Virus record (IMG/VR): IMGVR_UViG_3300020385_000012
Span: 1,351 to 65,350 of that record
Direction: 5' to 3' (one strand)
From: a virus
Taxonomy: Duplodnaviria > Caudoviricetes
Length of the DNA stretch: 64,000 nt
Position 1 is the stretch's first letter; each line of letters starts with the position of its first letter. The position numbers were made by a program, and so were the translations under genes. Below the pieces are notes generated by a model. The model worked only from the letters and a program-made list of their open reading frames with translations, was not told where the DNA came from and searched no databases. Positions 55,845 to 64,000 of the stretch are shown in pieces.

Positions 55845-58256
55845 TTATCTTGGATCAAATTGTTCTAATCCAAATCCACCTAAGTTATCAAACCCAGCGG
55901 ATTCAAAGTTTTTTGGTGGTTTTCCAGATTTTCTCTGGTCTATAAGTTCACTTTGTTGTGAAGCTTGTATTTTTGTTCTTTTGTCTTTACGATCTTCTTT
56001 GTACTCTTCTTTTTTATTAATCACCTGATTGTCCTGCTCCTTAAGCTTCATATTAAGCTGAAACTCAAACTCCATTAGTTCTTTTTTGATTTCTGCTTCT
56101 CTTTCGAGTTTTGCAATATCAAACTGTGATTGTGCTTGCGCAATTTGTACTTTGCTTTCAGCAATCCCTTGCTGTTTTTGTATTTCTGCGGCGGCTCCCG
56201 CTTGAGCTGACTGAGCGTTAGCTTGTGATTGTGCTTGGATATTTTCTTGTTGAATTTGTCTATCTCTATCAAACTTTTGTTTTCTTCTTAGTTTTAATAA
56301 TTGATTAGCTAACTTTAAATTTTTTATTTCCCTAACATCAATAGCATCCTCTAGCTCTATTTGTTTTTGGTTCATTGCCATTTGTATATTATTTTCAAGC
56401 AATTGTTTTTCTTCTTCATCAGGCGATAGCTGTAAAAATATACCAAAATCATGGATGTGCAACCCTTTTATTTCGTCTAAAGTGTTAACATTAAATTTGC
56501 CTAAAGATTGAATAAATGAATTTTTAGTGTTGGAATACTCTAAAACATCAGATATTCTTAAAGATATTGCTTCAGCGGTTTTTAAAGTAATATACAAACC
56601 AGCTTGCAATATATGTCGCGTTGCTGTATTACTATTTGCCGCAGCTAATTTTTGTAAACCAACTAAAGCATTTTTATCAGGGGTGCTTCCGTCCCTTGCT
56701 TCATTCAAACCTGTAACATCTCTCATCATTTGTAGATAGTAATTATAAGACTGAATTAAGCTTTGTATTTTTTGGCCACCAGCGCCAGCCCTTAACTCTT
56801 GTATCGGCACTCTTCCATTATTAAATTCACCATCTTGTGTCATTGATCTACCAATAACTGAACCAGTTTGGAAAAACATGTTCAACGCTTCTTGGGGATT
56901 GTAATTAGTTCCATTGCCTAAATCAACTTCTGCTAAACCATCAGCATCTAAATAAACGCCATCTGGAACCATACGTGATAAAACTTGTTGAAGCTTTAAA
57001 TGTGTAATTTGAATCATATCAGCAAATGATGTCATTCTACTAACTAAAGATTCAGTTTTTCCTTTATACATTCTAGGGGCCACAATATTATAACTCATCT
57101 GAACTTTTGTAATATCAGATTTAGGCCTTGTCATATTAACAGCCTTTTGCCATTTTAATAATTTATCATGACCAACAATTTTTGCACCCTCATATAAACA
57201 TTCTATAGATCTATTTACTTTCTCAAATCTAGCTCTAGAATCTTTAGGAGGATTGAATGTATCGTCTTTTTTAATTGCTTTATCTGCACCGCTATTAGTT
57301 TCTTTTATTTTATACACTTGGTTTTGAAATGTTTTATATTCAAAATACAATACATTTACAAAATTTTTATCAGCAGAATTAGTTCCAAGCTGATTATATA
57401 ATGTAGAACCATCACCCTTCCCTTCAATTTCTTCAATATCTTCGTTTGTTAATTCTGGAAATTGTTTCTTTAACTCAACTAAACTCACTCTTCTAACTTC
57501 GCCAACATAATATAAGTCATCAAAGTATGGTGAATCCGTATAAGAATATACTAAATCAGAAGGATCAACGTACTGTAATTTAATGCCTTCAGCAGTATTA
57601 AAACTATTTTTAACGCATCCAATTCCTAAAACAGCAATATCGTAATCTAATCTTTTCTTTAATAATTCGTATTTATTTAAATTAAAAACATTACTTATAG
57701 CTTCCTCTTGGGCAATTTCTACTGCTTGTTTATAATCAAGCTGCATATGAACAGAAAGTTCTTCTTCGCTTTCTGGAATGTTTTCTTTATCATTTTTAAA
57801 AGTGTCAATTCCAGTTGTGGCAATTACGCCTTCTTTAAATTCACGTAAACGCATATCTTCAACTAATCCCTGAACATATTTTGTTCTGGCAGCAGTAGCT
57901 ATATTATCTACTGAGTATGCTTTCAAGTCATATGCTCTTTCTGCAATACCGTTAACAACTATATCCACAAACTTTGGAATAATAGGTACTGGCTTCCAAT
58001 CTAAATTTAGATAAGATAAATCACCGTTAATGGATAATTCATCTTTATATTTTTTAATGCTTTGTTCGCCTCTAGCATATAACCTAAGGTTATGGTAGTT
58101 ATCTCTATTAGAGAAATAGCGAGATCCTCCTGAATCTTTTTTGAACCATTCTGACTCAACAGCTTTAGCAATTTGAAGTCCATAATCTAAACCTCCTTTT
58201 TCTACGTCGCTAACTGCTTGACTCGGAAAAATACCTTTTGGTGATACTCTTGCCAT
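55845..58256 (-). CDS. Portal protein
   Basis: 803 aa after terminase; LDWKPVPIIPKFVDIVVNG, RDVTGLNEARDG, Gln-rich C-terminal coil. Confidence 0.9.
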   Translation of the reverse strand: MARVSPKGIFPSQAVSDVEKGGLDYGLQIAKAVESEWFKKDSGGSRYFSNRDNYHNLRLYARGEQSIKKYKDELSINGDLSYLNLDWKPVPIIPKFVDIVVNGIAERAYDLKAYSVDNIATAARTKYVQGLVEDMRLREFKEGVIATTGIDTFKNDKENIPESEEELSVHMQLDYKQAVEIAQEEAISNVFNLNKYELLKKRLDYDIAVLGIGCVKNSFNTAEGIKLQYVDPSDLVYSYTDSPYFDDLYYVGEVRRVSLVELKKQFPELTNEDIEEIEGKGDGSTLYNQLGTNSADKNFVNVLYFEYKTFQNQVYKIKETNSGADKAIKKDDTFNPPKDSRARFEKVNRSIECLYEGAKIVGHDKLLKWQKAVNMTRPKSDITKVQMSYNIVAPRMYKGKTESLVSRMTSFADMIQITHLKLQQVLSRMVPDGVYLDADGLAEVDLGNGTNYNPQEALNMFFQTGSVIGRSMTQDGEFNNGRVPIQELRAGAGGQKIQSLIQSYNYYLQMMRDVTGLNEARDGSTPDKNALVGLQKLAAANSNTATRHILQAGLYITLKTAEAISLRISDVLEYSNTKNSFIQSLGKFNVNTLDEIKGLHIHDFGIFLQLSPDEEEKQLLENNIQMAMNQKQIELEDAIDVREIKNLKLANQLLKLRRKQKFDRDRQIQQENIQAQSQANAQSAQAGAAAEIQKQQGIAESKVQIAQAQSQFDIAKLEREAEIKKELMEFEFQLNMKLKEQDNQVINKKEEYKEDRKDKRTKIQASQQSELIDQRKSGKPPKNFESAGFDNLGGFGLEQFDPR

Positions 58257-60467
58257 CTATTGTATTATTTTTGAAAAATTTCCATTATTGTTATATTTAG
58301 AAAAACTAAAATTAACTTTGCTTTTTAATTCTCTTGTTTGATTTGGTGCATATCTATTTTTATTACATGCCATAACCGCCAAGCCTGAACTTATCGCCGC
58401 ATCAAATTTTGTTCTTTTGTTTATATCAAACTTAGCCCAATCGTTTAATGTATTATTAAAATACATATCGCCGTAACTACCATCTCCTTTTTCACCTACG
58501 TAGTTATTTATATAACTTTCAATTGCGGCAGCATGAGCTTGTCTAATGTCTTCACTTGAATTTGGTATACCTCCAATTTCTTTTTCAGTAACCGATAATT
58601 TATTCCATATTTTATCAGGTCTATTCATTGAATAGCCTCTATATCCTCTTCGTTTTAAATAGTATAATAATCTAGGCTTGTTATTTTCTGCTAGTATTGG
58701 CATACCATAAAAGTGTAATGCCATTAATATATCTTCAAAAAACATTTCCGCTGTTTGCGGTCTAGCTATATATTCTAAAAAAAACATATTAGCAGGAATT
58801 TCTTCCATGCTAAACTTCGTGAGACCGTGTAAAGCACCCTTAGATCCTTGACCGTCGGTAGTTCCGGATATATCGTAGCTATCGCAGCCAAATGCACCAC
58901 TGTGTTCGTTCCCAGGATATTTAATTCCATTTTTTAGTATTACTTTATTTTGTAAATGTGCGGGTGGAACCCAACTAATATTAAATCTTCCGTTTGGATT
59001 AGGTATAAATTCAACTTTTGTGTCTTTAATACCATTTTGCCATTGAAAGCTTCCCTTCGTAACTAAAGCACTGTACTTTGCTTCTTCGTTGAAATCTACT
59101 TGTTCGTATATTTTTGCTAAATTAAATATACTGTTTCTAGTTTCATCCCTGAAGGCATGCTCTTGAGTCCTTGGAAACTGACGATAAAATTCATTTAAAC
59201 CGTCTTGATCTCCTTTTAATCCCTCAACTTCATTCTCCCAATGTTCAATAACCCCGATGTCGATATTATCTCCTTGGTGGTCTTTGACAGGGTTGCTCGG
59301 TGTGTTAAAGACAGGTATTCCATAAGAATCGATGAATCCTTCGAAATTCCATTCCATAGGTATGAACAAAGAATATAATCCCGAGCGAGTCTGTCCATTC
59401 TTATTTCTTTTCGTGACGTCCGAGTCATTATATAGTTTTTTAAAGTTTTCACCACCTTTGTCTAATGAGTTACTTGTTGAACCCATCATACACTTACCAA
59501 TTATTCTTGAACCTAATCTAAGAGTTGTTTTAGTAACCCTCCAGTTGTTAAGAATGTTTTCTGGTCTTTCCCATTTACCAGCTTCATCGTGTACAAGCAG
59601 CGTAAGTTTTTCACCATCATAGCTATTGTCTCCAGTATTTTTCCAGTCAATAGTTGTATCTAACCCTTCTAATTGTAATGCTTTGTCTTTTGATTCAAAA
59701 CGTTTACGAGTTAACTTTGACGCTGGCACTCTATATGCAAGTTCTGTTTTAGGTCGATCCATACCATCTTGAATCGGTTTAAAAAAGAACGGGTAGTTAA
59801 TTGATATTGGAACTACTTTATCTGTAAACATTTTTTTGGCATCAGCACCGGACTTGGATAATATACCGTATCTTGAATCGGATGATATGGTTGCTAAGTT
59901 GACTGTTTCGCCAGATGCCATAAACGAAAATCCACTACGTCTATTTTTTAAATAACACATTCCGTAACTCCTCGTGTCTGCTTTACAAGCTTCCCAAAAT
60001 ATAAAGAATAATCTATTTGCTTCTCTAAAATCAGGTTTGCCAACATCAATTTTAGTCCATTGTAGGTACATATAATGAGTTCCCGTTATATAAGTTGGTG
60101 TTCCTTTGTTATTAAACCAATATCCCTCATCTCTTTTAGTGAATTCGGAGTCTATATAGGTGTGCCACCTTTGCTTAAACTCATCCGGATAATCTTTCCA
60201 ATCAAATATACTTTTAACAGATTTAAGCTCCTTAGGGTACTCGTGTGCAACCCACTTATTATTTGTGTTATCTACGTTTGTTGGCTTGGGTAACGCTATC
60301 TTAAGACCCTGGATGCTATACACATCTCCAATCTGACCACTTTTAGATATAACTACAACATCATGTTCTTCATTATATCCATATTTCCATTTTTTAGATC
60401 TATTTAATCTTTTAATGGCAGTTATTTTTATAGGCTCAATAACCTCATATAAACTTTGCTTATACAT
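58257..60467 (-). CDS. Terminase large subunit
   Basis: KNRRSGFS Walker A, LLVHDEAGK Walker B, GSTSN, FGCDSYD nuclease, FDAAISSG. Confidence 0.92.
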   Translation of the reverse strand: MYKQSLYEVIEPIKITAIKRLNRSKKWKYGYNEEHDVVVISKSGQIGDVYSIQGLKIALPKPTNVDNTNNKWVAHEYPKELKSVKSIFDWKDYPDEFKQRWHTYIDSEFTKRDEGYWFNNKGTPTYITGTHYMYLQWTKIDVGKPDFREANRLFFIFWEACKADTRSYGMCYLKNRRSGFSFMASGETVNLATISSDSRYGILSKSGADAKKMFTDKVVPISINYPFFFKPIQDGMDRPKTELAYRVPASKLTRKRFESKDKALQLEGLDTTIDWKNTGDNSYDGEKLTLLVHDEAGKWERPENILNNWRVTKTTLRLGSRIIGKCMMGSTSNSLDKGGENFKKLYNDSDVTKRNKNGQTRSGLYSLFIPMEWNFEGFIDSYGIPVFNTPSNPVKDHQGDNIDIGVIEHWENEVEGLKGDQDGLNEFYRQFPRTQEHAFRDETRNSIFNLAKIYEQVDFNEEAKYSALVTKGSFQWQNGIKDTKVEFIPNPNGRFNISWVPPAHLQNKVILKNGIKYPGNEHSGAFGCDSYDISGTTDGQGSKGALHGLTKFSMEEIPANMFFLEYIARPQTAEMFFEDILMALHFYGMPILAENNKPRLLYYLKRRGYRGYSMNRPDKIWNKLSVTEKEIGGIPNSSEDIRQAHAAAIESYINNYVGEKGDGSYGDMYFNNTLNDWAKFDINKRTKFDAAISSGLAVMACNKNRYAPNQTRELKSKVNFSFSKYNNNGNFSKIIQ

Positions 60468-60739
60468 TATTTAGACCTTCTTTCTGCAAACCCCTTAAAC
60501 GTATTGTCTTTTTCTTCTTTAGGTTTGTTTTCTAATAAACCCTTTTCTTCTTCGATTCTATTTAGGATCTCAAATGCATCGAATATTGCGAGCTTTTTAG
60601 TGGCTGCAGCGTTCTTGAGTCTATCGGCTGAAATGTCATCATCAGTTTCAACAATCGGCTCTTTCGCAACTTTAACAAGTTCTTTGACTGCATCATAACC
60701 AGCTTGGATTATATTCTTTTTCGTTTCCTTGACGTTCAT
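60467..60739 (-). CDS. Probable terminase small subunit
   Basis: 90-aa helical ORF translationally coupled to TerL; call by position. Confidence 0.5.
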   Translation of the reverse strand: MNVKETKKNIIQAGYDAVKELVKVAKEPIVETDDDISADRLKNAAATKKLAIFDAFEILNRIEEEKGLLENKPKEEKDNTFKGFAERRSK

Positions 60740-61286
60740 ATTTAATAGATATTGAATTGGTTAATACTCTATACATTCTTTCACCGTCTACAATAAATTC
60801 ATATTCACTACTAGGTGTAAACCCAACTAAATCTTCTTTTTCTATTAAACCGCTAATGTCTTTATCAACGTATTTTATAATGCCCTTAAAGGGCTGTTCT
60901 TTTTCGTTACTTAATATATTAGTAGATTGAATTGGTTTAACAAAACAATACCCCTTTGGAGCATTCCATTTGTTATTTCTTTTATACAAAAATATTTGAT
61001 CTGATTTTACAAAATATAAATTTTCTTTATAATGGCTGCGTGTATTTCTTTCCTTACCATGTTGGTCATACCATCTTCTAAAAACATTGTGATGTACTAT
61101 AACTTCATCACCAACTTCTATTTCGGTTTTTTCAGATTTTGGCACACCCAAAACTACTCCAGTACGACTAACATACCGATGGTCAGAAATTTCAGTGTTA
61201 ACTAAAAGTTCTTGACCATCAATATATTTTTTATTATCGTATCTTTCGTTTTTTGGTTTTATAATAAAATCAAATAAACTTTGCAT
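60693..61286 (-). CDS. GroES-like protein with apparent tandem Cpn10-like domains
   Basis: FIIKP..GVVLGVP..EVGDEVIV and CFVKP..GIIKY..DLVGF..YEFIVDGERMYRV..I. Confidence 0.55.
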   Translation of the reverse strand: MQSLFDFIIKPKNERYDNKKYIDGQELLVNTEISDHRYVSRTGVVLGVPKSEKTEIEVGDEVIVHHNVFRRWYDQHGKERNTRSHYKENLYFVKSDQIFLYKRNNKWNAPKGYCFVKPIQSTNILSNEKEQPFKGIIKYVDKDISGLIEKEDLVGFTPSSEYEFIVDGERMYRVLTNSISIKYERQGNEKEYNPSWL

Positions 61287-61504
61287 TAATATTCTAAGTT
61301 GTATTCTACGGCTATAGCCATATTTTTATTAAAATCTTTCCACGGTAATACTTCTTTTCCTTTTTTAATAAAGATAGAAAACTTATCAGATTCTTCTATA
61401 ATATCACATATTGTGTGGCCACCATATACCTCTTGGCCAACAGCGTAGTGCATAGCGTCATTTTTATAGTCTCTACCTATACTAATTTTTCTTACCAGTG
61501 ACAT
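61286..61504 (-). CDS. Hypothetical protein
   Basis: RKISIGRDYK.DAMHY.VGQ; coupled to next gene. Confidence 0.7.
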   Translation of the reverse strand: MSLVRKISIGRDYKNDAMHYAVGQEVYGGHTICDIIEESDKFSIFIKKGKEVLPWKDFNKNMAIAVEYNLEY

Positions 61505-61507
61505 TTT

Positions 61508-61780
61508 TTATTTTACTTCTTCTGGTTCAATTACTTCCGCTTCTTCCTCAATTGGTTTAAATGTTCCATCTTGAATATTTATAGAAACTTTACCGTACTT
61601 TTCTTCAAGCTTTGATTGAAATTTATTTAAATCGTTTTGAACTTCACTTGCAGCGTGTTGCAATTGGTGCTTTTGTAATTCAAGATTTCCAATTTGATTT
61701 GCAACATTATTTAGTTTCCCTACATAACCTTGCAATTCTTCTAATTGTTCTGGTGTAATTTTTTGTTCTTGGTTTTCCAT
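61508..61780 (-). CDS. Hypothetical coiled-coil protein
   Basis: 90 aa; LEEKYGKVSINIQDG. Confidence 0.7.
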   Translation of the reverse strand: MENQEQKITPEQLEELQGYVGKLNNVANQIGNLELQKHQLQHAASEVQNDLNKFQSKLEEKYGKVSINIQDGTFKPIEEEAEVIEPEEVK

Positions 61781-61826
61781 AATTTTAATTTTTTTTAAAT
61801 TTAATTTAATTGTTTGGGTTATAATT

Positions 61827-61840
61827 TATTATCACTTGTT
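61827..61840 (-). promoter_or_regulatory. Late-promoter-like motif heading the packaging/head operon
   Basis: AACAAGTGATAATA in the intergenic gap before 61780. Confidence 0.55.
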
Positions 61841-61858
61841 TTACTTGATTTCTAATTA

Positions 61859-62197
61859 TTATTCAACAGACGCAGCAAAAGGCGAACGAAAGGTTTTGTC
61901 TACTGGGGCTTTTTGTAATGCAATTTGTGCATCTAAACCAGTCTTCATGGAAGCAACATCTAACCCAGCCTCTAGCCAAGCTATTACATCGCTTTCCTTT
62001 AAACTAGCGTATTCTGTAAAATTATCTTTATCGTATTTTACAGAGTAAGCCCCTACGCTATTTGCTTGGTAAATATTAGGAGACTTGCCCTCTGAAGCCC
62101 CATAGGTCCAGTGAATTGTGTTGATAACATTGTCTTTGCTATCGTGTGAAATTTTTGCGTCTAACGCATTAATTGTCCATTTGTAAGTTATTGCCAT
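61859..62197 (-). CDS. Tail-fibre-associated protein
   Basis: MAITYKWTINALD..NVINTIHW..F..Y..L.E.DVI.W, commonly found next to fibres. Confidence 0.6.
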   Translation of the reverse strand: MAITYKWTINALDAKISHDSKDNVINTIHWTYGASEGKSPNIYQANSVGAYSVKYDKDNFTEYASLKESDVIAWLEAGLDVASMKTGLDAQIALQKAPVDKTFRSPFAASVE

Positions 62198-62207
62198 TTT
62201 TTTTTAT

Positions 62208-64000
62208 TTATTTATTTATTTGTGTTTTTAAAGTTTCTATTTCTTGTTTTAATTCTTTTATTGCTTCAATTAATATACCTGTTATATTTCCATAAGCAAC
62301 TGATTTTATACCTTCACTATTTTCTTTAACAACTTCAGGTAATATTTTTTCTATTTCTTGTGCTATAACCCCGATTGATTTTTTATCTTCACCAATTTTA
62401 TTGAATTCAACACCTCTTAACTTATTTACTTTTTCTAAAGAGTTATCAATTGTTTTTATATTTTCTTTTAGAGATATGTCTGAAAAAGCAATTACATCAC
62501 CGGAGGCATGAATGTCGCCATCAACATCTAATTCATATTGTGGGTTTGATTCAAGAACACCAAGATAACCCGAGCTGTTTATTCTAAGTCTTTCAGCATT
62601 TTGATTTATATCTTTTAAATAAAAATTGTTAACACCATTAGCACTAAACAACCATTCAGCATCACCTGTACCTGCACATTTTAAATATATACCATCGTTA
62701 AAATCTGTATCAACTGACAATTTATAAGATGGGCTTGTTAGACCAATTCCAAACCTACCGTTGGCATCCATTACTATTTTTGAACTACCTGAGTTTGATA
62801 TAGGATGAGCTCCATAACTAAAATGAAGTTTAGCCGATTGGTTGTTTATTGCCCATCCCTGCCCTTGGGTTGACGTTGTAAACATTAATCTATTTGAATT
62901 TCCGGCAGCCCCTCTATCGTAACTAAGTATAAGACCATCCGCCCCGCTAGACGCAACGTCTAATTTTCCCTGAGGCGTAGCTGTCCCAATTCCAACATTA
63001 TGACTAGAATTTACATTAATACCATTAACAATACTTCCGTCCATGCTTAAATTAACCACATTAGTACTATCGTTATATCCAACAAAACCTTTAAAAGCAT
63101 CAGCTTGTCTAAAATGCAAACCTGCATGACTACCATCCGCGGGATTTATCCAAAAAGAGGGGCTATTAATATCTAATTTAGCTCCAGGAGTAGTCGTTCC
63201 AATCCCGACGTTTCCTGCGTTATCTAGTGCAATTGCTAATGTTTTAGCACCATTATATTCTGTAGTACCAATTTCAGCATAAGGTACACTACCAGTTCTA
63301 CCTGCTTGAAAATACATACCTCTATCATTAGATGTGCCTATTCTAACAACAGCACCACTTCCAGTAGCATCAGATGAACCTTCAAATCTTGCCACTTCTG
63401 CAACATTACCTGCTCCTGCATCATTTTTTACATGAAATTTTGTAGCAGTAGTATCAAAAGCGTGAGGTGTAGTTGTCCCTATTCCTACGTTGCCTCCGTT
63501 AAGCCATGAATTCCCTTCTGTAAATATTCTAACTAATTCAGAGCCTTCATTAAACATTTGAAATATAGTATCATCAGCACCAGTTGCAGATGAGCCTGTT
63601 CCCATAGAAATAATTTTATCTCCACCTTTATCTAATTGAATAATTGGTCGCCCTTGGTCTGCATCTAAATGTAAAATTCTTCCAGGCGAAGTCGTTCCGA
63701 TTCCTACGTTTCCTGCTGGAGTTATAGCCATTCTATACCCACCATTATAAAAAGCTAAAGTTCCATTAGTGCCTAAACCTGTTCGATCGTTTAAAATTTC
63801 CCAAGTACCTTGATCATTTATTAATGATAAAGTTGCATCCCAGCTATATGATTGAACTTTAAGTGTTACACCAGTATTTGCTGTTGGCTCGAAAACATGA
63901 AGCTTAGCTGTAGGGCCTGTTAACCCGATTCCAAAATTTCCTTCTCCGATACACACCGCTGAATTACCGGTTGTTGCAAATCTATGATTTAAAGCATCTA
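62208..64000 (-). CDS. Tail fibre C-terminal part with intramolecular chaperone (peptidase S74)
   Basis: Frame open to the right edge; GNVGIGTTSP repeats; SDISLKENI..GVIAQEIE..LPEVV..LIEAIKEL. Confidence 0.9.
   Translation of the reverse strand, partial: DALNHRFATTGNSAVCIGEGNFGIGLTGPTAKLHVFEPTANTGVTLKVQSYSWDATLSLINDQGTWEILNDRTGLGTNGTLAFYNGGYRMAITPAGNVGIGTTSPGRILHLDADQGRPIIQLDKGGDKIISMGTGSSATGADDTIFQMFNEGSELVRIFTEGNSWLNGGNVGIGTTTPHAFDTTATKFHVKNDAGAGNVAEVARFEGSSDATGSGAVVRIGTSNDRGMYFQAGRTGSVPYAEIGTTEYNGAKTLAIALDNAGNVGIGTTTPGAKLDINSPSFWINPADGSHAGLHFRQADAFKGFVGYNDSTNVVNLSMDGSIVNGINVNSSHNVGIGTATPQGKLDVASSGADGLILSYDRGAAGNSNRLMFTTSTQGQGWAINNQSAKLHFSYGAHPISNSGSSKIVMDANGRFGIGLTSPSYKLSVDTDFNDGIYLKCAGTGDAEWLFSANGVNNFYLKDINQNAERLRINSSGYLGVLESNPQYELDVDGDIHASGDVIAFSDISLKENIKTIDNSLEKVNKLRGVEFNKIGEDKKSIGVIAQEIEKILPEVVKENSEGIKSVAYGNITGILIEAIKELKQEIETLKTQINK

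Overview
AT-rich dsDNA tailed-phage sequence, probably most of one podovirus-like genome infecting a Bacteroidota (Flavobacteria-like) host. The host is inferred from AT-rich leaders without Shine-Dalgarno sites, GNVGIGT tail-fibre repeats and a T9SS-CTD-like protein. Both window ends fall inside a tail-fibre ORF, so the genome looks circularly permuted with some sequence missing. The minus arm (29.1-64 kb and 1-11.7 kb) carries terminase, portal, scaffold, capsid, tail, giant internal virion proteins, lysis genes, GroEL/GroES and a cluster of secreted/outer-membrane proteins. The plus arm (11.9-29.1 kb) carries small early ORFs, tRNA-fMet, ligase, a DenV-like glycosylase, an HTH protein, a sigma70-like factor, Erf/exonuclease/SSB, primase-helicase, ThyA, a MazG fusion, a resolvase and NrdB/NrdA. 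No DNA polymerase is recognisable. The most notable observations are: (1) seven 34-bp promoter-like repeats heading early genes, plus a sigma-region-2-like segment inside the 2337-aa virion protein, which may be an injected sigma factor; (2) three 45-bp 11-23-11 palindromes, one covering the HTH gene start; (3) a CsgG-like/cohesin-dockerin/T9SS-CTD/beta-barrel envelope module inside the lysis region; (4) a separate late-promoter-like motif; (5) a candidate structured ncRNA before the tRNA. All domain calls are by eye and no database search was run.
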